Source: an uncultured Spirochaetota bacterium (GTDB lineage: Bacteria; Spirochaetota; Spirochaetia; SZUA-6; Fen-1364). From it: a DNA stretch of 64,000 nucleotides. Under the pieces are notes generated by a model that was not told the DNA's origin, made no database searches, and saw only the letters and a list, made by a program, of their open reading frames with translations. The stretch is from NCBI GenBank assembly GCA_963745235.1, contig CAVUXE010000037.1, forward strand, positions 128,001-192,000, in the 5' to 3' direction. The translations under genes were made by a program, and so were the position numbers. Shown here piece by piece: positions 59,633-64,000 of this stretch. How positions within the stretch are numbered: the stretch's first letter is position 1; the number at the start of each line of letters is the position of its first letter.

Positions 59633-60559
59633 CTAGGAGACGGCCTCCAATGCCGCAACCTCGCTGTCAGTCAGGCGCCATCCGAGGGCCCCGGCGTTCT
59701 CCTGGAGATGCGGGATGCTGGTGGCTCCGGGAATGGGCAGCGCCCCCTTGCAAAGCACCCAGTTGAGCGCCACCTGGGAAGGAGTCTTTCCCCCGTGGAC
59801 CAGTCCGATCTGCCGCACCGTCTCGGCAAGGGATGGCCGCGCCTGCCTACCGGCCGCCATGAGCCTGCGCCAGCCATGAGTCTGGACGCTCTCCCCGCCG
59901 GCGAGGCGCCCGAGCGCCAGCGGCCGGTAGGCAACGAGCGTCACTCCCAGCTCACGGCACGCGGCGAGCGTGCCGTTTCCCTCCGCCGCCCTGTGAGCAA
60001 GGCTGAGCTCCACCTCGTTGCAGGCAAGGACGATGCCGCGGGAGGAGAGAACGGCGTGCGCCCTCCGCACCTGGGACGCGTTGTAGTTGGACACGCCAAC
60101 CGCGCGCACCAGCCCGGCCTCAGCCGCGTCCGCCAGCGCTTCCACCCACGTTTCGATGGAAACCGGACCCCACGGGAAGTGAATCAGGTAGATATCCAGC
60201 GCGGCGAGGCGCAGCCGGTCCATGCTTCGTCGAAGAGCATCGACCAGCGCTGTCTTTCGGAGACGCCACGGGAAGGGAAAGAACTTCGAAAGCACGGCGG
60301 GCCGCTCCCGCCCTTCGAGCCCGGCAAGGAAAAGGCCGACAGTGCGCTCCGAGCCACCGGCCCCGTATACTTCAGCGGTATCCACGATGGCCACACCGCG
60401 GGAAAGGGCGGCCTCGAACACCGCCTGCAGCTCGGGCTTCGGTCTGCCCGCCCTGCCCCACGCATTTGTGCCGAGCCCAAGAGGGCTGACAAGGACGCCG
60501 CTCTTTCCCAGCGGGATCTTCGACAACGGCGCGGGGCTCACGCGGTGTCCCTGGTGCAC
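59633..60559 (-). CDS. Aldo/keto reductase
   Basis: 'LGLGTNAWG', 'DTAEVYG', 'SKF', 'YLIH', 'VGVSNY', 'IPGAT'. Confidence 0.92.
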   Translation of the reverse strand: MHQGHRVSPAPLSKIPLGKSGVLVSPLGLGTNAWGRAGRPKPELQAVFEAALSRGVAIVDTAEVYGAGGSERTVGLFLAGLEGRERPAVLSKFFPFPWRLRKTALVDALRRSMDRLRLAALDIYLIHFPWGPVSIETWVEALADAAEAGLVRAVGVSNYNASQVRRAHAVLSSRGIVLACNEVELSLAHRAAEGNGTLAACRELGVTLVAYRPLALGRLAGGESVQTHGWRRLMAAGRQARPSLAETVRQIGLVHGGKTPSQVALNWVLCKGALPIPGATSIPHLQENAGALGWRLTDSEVAALEAVS

Positions 60560-61924
60560 ACCCTGTTCTTGCCCGACTCCTTGGCCCTGTACAAGAGCTC
60601 ATCCGCCGTGCGGATGAGCTCTTCCGGGCTCGCCGCGTCGTCAGGGCAGACGGCAAGCCCCAGGCTCGCCGTGACGGAGAAAGGCGGCCGGGAATCAGTG
60701 CTGGAAAACCCGGCGGAGGCAATGGCCGTCCGGATGCGCTCCGCCACCACTGCTGCTCCCGCCCTGTCCGTGTACGGGAGGACCACCGCAAACTCCTCAC
60801 CGCCGTAGCGCGCAGCCAGGTCGATCTCCCTCACTGACCGCCTGATCCGCTCAGCAGTTTCGATGAGGATCATGTCGCCGGTCGCGTGCCCGAAGTTGTC
60901 GTTCTTCCTCTTGAAGTCGTCTATGTCCAGCATGATGAGCGACGTGGGATGTTTTTTTCTCCGCGAACGCTTCACCTCGAGCTCGAGGAACTTCCTGAAA
61001 TAGCCGTGGTTGGAGAGCTTCGTCATTCGAATCGTTGGAGGCCGCGCTCAGCGCCGTCCTGTAGTGCTCTTTCAGCCAGGTGAGCTCCGTCTTCTGCTTG
61101 AGGAGCCGGGCAACGCGCAGGGACACCTCGCGGGAATCGAAGGGTCGCACCAGCAATTCGCTGACACCCCAATCCAGGAGGCGCACGCGGAGCTCAGGGT
61201 CATCCGGAGGGACCGCCGCAAGGGTCGGCAGGTTTTCCGTCTTTGACCGAAGCGCGCCGAGCATCTCCTGCGGCATCGAGGAGTCCAGGACCACGACGTC
61301 TGTTTCGCGCCGCAGGAAGCTCTGCGGGTCGTCCCCGCTGGATGCCATCTCCACGCGATAGAGGTCCGCCGGGAGCCCCGCGGCCACGAGGTCGCGCTCC
61401 TGCATGTCTTCAAGGAACACGAGGACGCTGCGAGGCCCGACGCCGTCCTTTTCCCTGTCCTCGCGGGAGGCCCCCTCTGCCGTGAGAGAAAGGGAGTGAT
61501 TGAGGAGCTGTTCCTGGTATTCCCTGAGCCGGAGCATGGACCGAATCCGCACCAGGAGCTCCGAACGATCCACCGGCTTGGGCAGGAGCTCGTCCGCGCC
61601 GGCCTCGAGGCCCTTGAGCTTGTTGCCCGGGTCGTTCAGACCCGTCATCAGAATTATCGGGATGGCAAGGGTGGCCGGGTCACTTTTCAACATGCGGGTT
61701 GCGTGGTACCCGTCCAGATCAGGCAACTGAACGTCAAGGAGGATGAGGTCCGGGGAATGCGCGCGCGCCTTTCTGATGGCGTCTTTCCCGCTGGTTCCAG
61801 CCAGGACTTCATACCCCTCCACTCTGAGAAGCGCGGAGAACGCCCTTGCCGTCTGCGGGTCGTCATCAACCACAAGGAGCCGAGCGCGGCTGCGCGTGGC
61901 CCCGTCCTGGAAGGTTTTTCCCAT
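60538..61924 (-). CDS. PleD-like response regulator / diguanylate cyclase (REC-REC-GGDEF), frameshifted near 61030
   Basis: REC 'LLVVDDD...ILLDV...KP', degenerate second REC, then 'DIDDFKRKNDNFGH..GD', I-site 'REID', 'RYGGEEF'. Confidence 0.88.
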
Positions 61925-62006
61925 GGAGCGCCCTGCAGGTAAAATAGTACGCGCCCCCTTTATCGAGCAAGCCCCCTTTGCGGCCTTTGTGCGGCGGCGG
62001 TCGCCT

Positions 62007-62588
62007 CTATGCCGCCTGGCCGGCTATCATGTCCAGGAAGTACCTGTGCACGCGCCCGTCTTCGGTCAGCTCAGGATGGAAGGCGGTAGCGAGCAGCTTC
62101 CCTTGCCGGGCGGCCACGACGCGGCCATCCGTCAACGTGGCAAGGACCCTGACTTCCCTTCCGGTCTTCTCGATGAGCGGCGCCCGGATGAACACTCCAC
62201 GAAATGGCGCCTCACCGAGGGCCGGCACGTTCAGGCTCTCCTCGAAGCTGTCCAGCTGCCGCCCGAACGCGTTCCTTTTCACGGTGATGTCCATGACGCC
62301 GATCAGGGGCTGATCCATGCCGCCAATGTCGCGCGCCAGGAGGATCATGCCTGCGCACGTGCCGTACACCGGCATCCCCCGCTTCACCGCGGCGCGCAGC
62401 GGCTCCAGCAGCCCGGAGAGGACCAGGAGCTTCCCGATCGTGGTGCTCTCCCCTCCCGGTATGATCAGGCCCGCAATGCCTTCCATGTGCTCGGGCAGCC
62501 TGACGAGGACCGGGGAAGCTGAGGCCCGCCTGAGGGCCTCAGCATGCTCCGCGAAAGACCCCTGGAGAGCAAGCACGCCGACTTTCAT
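62007..62588 (-). CDS. pdxT: PLP synthase glutaminase subunit
   Basis: 'GVLALQG', 'PGGESTT', 'GTCAG', 'RNAFGRQ', 'FIRAP', 'FHPELT'. Confidence 0.97.
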   Translation of the reverse strand: MKVGVLALQGSFAEHAEALRRASASPVLVRLPEHMEGIAGLIIPGGESTTIGKLLVLSGLLEPLRAAVKRGMPVYGTCAGMILLARDIGGMDQPLIGVMDITVKRNAFGRQLDSFEESLNVPALGEAPFRGVFIRAPLIEKTGREVRVLATLTDGRVVAARQGKLLATAFHPELTEDGRVHRYFLDMIAGQAA

Positions 62589-62590
62589 CT

Positions 62591-63478
62591 CTACCAGCCC
62601 CTCACCGCCAGGCGCTGGCCGTCTGTCATGCTGGCAACCTCCAGCCCCCGCATCGGCATCCCGAGCCCCTTGGACACCCGGGCAATCACGGCAGGGTCCT
62701 GGAAGTGAGTGGTCGCTTCAACGATGGCGCGGGCCATCCTCTCAGGGTCCTCCGATTTGAAGATCCCTGAGCCCACGAAGTTCCCCTCCGCGCCGAGCTG
62801 CATCATGAGCGCCGCGTCAGCGGGGGTTGCGATCCCGCCCGCCGCGAAGTTGACGACGGGAAGTCTCCCGGTTTCGGCAACCTCAGCGACCAGGTCGTAC
62901 GGCGCCCCGAGGTTCTTCGCCGTGGCCATGAGCTCCGTCTTGTCCATGGAGCGAAGCCGCCTCACCTCGTCCATCACGGTGCGCATGTGCCGCACGGCCT
63001 CCACCACGTTGCCCGTGCCGGCCTCGCCCTTTGTGCGGATCATGGCCGCCCCTTCCCCGATCCTGCGCAGCGCCTCGCCGAGGTCCCGCGCGCCGCAGAC
63101 GAACGGGATCTTGAAGGCGTGCTTGTCGATGTGGTGCGCCTCGTCGGCGGGCGTGAGGACCTCGCTCTCATCGACGTAGTCCACGCCCATTGCCTCCAGG
63201 ATCTGCGCCTCCACGAAGTGGCCGATCCTTGCCTTTGCCATGACAGGGATGGTCACGGCCTCCATGATCTGCTCGATGAGCGAAGGGTCGCTCATGCGCG
63301 CCACGCCCCCCGCCGCGCGAATATCGGCGGGAACGCGCTCGAGGGCCATCACGGCAACGGCCCCCGCCTGCTCCGCGATCTTCGCCTGGTCAGGGGTCAC
63401 GACGTCCATGATCACGCCGCCCTTCAGCATCTGCGCCAGGCCTTTCTTTGTGGCAAACGTCGACTTGTCCATCTTCAT
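62591..63478 (-). CDS. pdxS: PLP synthase lyase subunit
   Basis: '[13 protein letters not shown]', '[10 protein letters not shown]', '[10 protein letters not shown]', '[12 protein letters not shown]', terminal 'RGW'. Confidence 0.97.
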   Translation of the reverse strand: MKMDKSTFATKKGLAQMLKGGVIMDVVTPDQAKIAEQAGAVAVMALERVPADIRAAGGVARMSDPSLIEQIMEAVTIPVMAKARIGHFVEAQILEAMGVDYVDESEVLTPADEAHHIDKHAFKIPFVCGARDLGEALRRIGEGAAMIRTKGEAGTGNVVEAVRHMRTVMDEVRRLRSMDKTELMATAKNLGAPYDLVAEVAETGRLPVVNFAAGGIATPADAALMMQLGAEGNFVGSGIFKSEDPERMARAIVEATTHFQDPAVIARVSKGLGMPMRGLEVASMTDGQRLAVRGW

Positions 63479-64000
63479 CCTCCTCTGGTCTTCAGTGCAT
63501 TGCCGAGAATCCGCATGCCTTTCTCGATTTTGTCCTCGTCGATGCCGGCGAACCCCAGCCGGAGGCCCGCCCTCTCCCACTCCTCGACGGAGAAGATCCT
63601 GTCAGGGGCAAAGAGGACCCCCTGGCTCCTTGCCTTCAAGAGGAGGGCAAGGACATCGGTTCCCCGGGGCAGATCCACCCACTGGAACAATCCGCCCCGC
63701 GGCTTTTTCCAGACCGCCTCCGGGGGGAAATGGGCTTTCATCGCCTCCAGCATCAGGTCCCGCCTCTTCCGGTAGACTGCCTGCTTGCGCTTGAGGTGCC
63801 GGTCCAGGAGCCCTTTCTGGCAGAACTCCAGGAGCGCTCCCTGGAGGATCCTGCTGGAGTACAAGTCGGTGAACTGCTTGATCAGCAGGAGCCTGTCGAT
63901 GACCGCCGCCGGGGCCACGATCCAGCTCAGCCGGATCCCCGGGCACAGGATCTCCGAAAAGCTCCCGAGGTAGATCACCCCGTCGCGCGCGTCCCGGGCT
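63475..64000 (-). CDS. MocR/PdxR-like PLP-dependent aminotransferase-fold protein, C-terminal part; truncated by window edge
   Basis: 'VIYLGSFS(E)IL.PGIRL.W', 'YRKRRDLM', 'PRGGLFQW', 'LRLGFA'; overlaps the pdxS start. Confidence 0.82.
   Translation of the reverse strand, partial: ARDARDGVIYLGSFSEILCPGIRLSWIVAPAAVIDRLLLIKQFTDLYSSRILQGALLEFCQKGLLDRHLKRKQAVYRKRRDLMLEAMKAHFPPEAVWKKPRGGLFQWVDLPRGTDVLALLLKARSQGVLFAPDRIFSVEEWERAGLRLGFAGIDEDKIEKGMRILGNALKTRGG

Noticed and set aside
1-64000. Mobile elements, prophage, defence systems, rRNA/tRNA
   Set aside because: No transposase, integrase, phage, cas, restriction or structural RNA signatures recognised; composition looks uniform.

Overview
GC-rich bacterial chromosomal window from a diderm organism (TolC and Omp85 genes present; the 'SLLSC'/'LLSSC' lipoboxes are compatible with a free-living spirochaete-like lineage, but that is only a guess). 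No rRNA, tRNA, CRISPR array, transposase or prophage was seen. In order, the window holds: a sugar ABC transporter with a LacI regulator; DtxR plus an FTR1 iron permease; a liv-type ABC transporter; an ECF sigma / zinc anti-sigma-CBM48 / exported protein operon; a MarR-MFS-two adaptor-TolC efflux operon; SET-domain, C45 peptidase, heme O synthase and nucleotidyltransferase-like genes; a ~15 kb myo-inositol catabolic cluster; a DUF3857-transglutaminase-DUF2569 protein; three PAS hybrid kinases; an ABC-2 exporter; LacI plus a DUF1355-type protein; an mrp-lipA-FNR operon; a peptidase/beta-propeller/Omp85 fusion; an aldo-keto reductase; a PleD-like cyclase; and pdxR-like/pdxS/pdxT. At least 13 genes carry frameshifts, most likely long-read consensus errors. 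Best candidate for an undescribed system: the inositol cluster has iolG/E/D/B/A/I but no iolC kinase or iolJ aldolase. It instead carries two paralogous transaldolase-family genes with a non-canonical Gln/Met active-site signature, suggesting kinase-independent cleavage of 2-deoxy-5-keto-gluconate.
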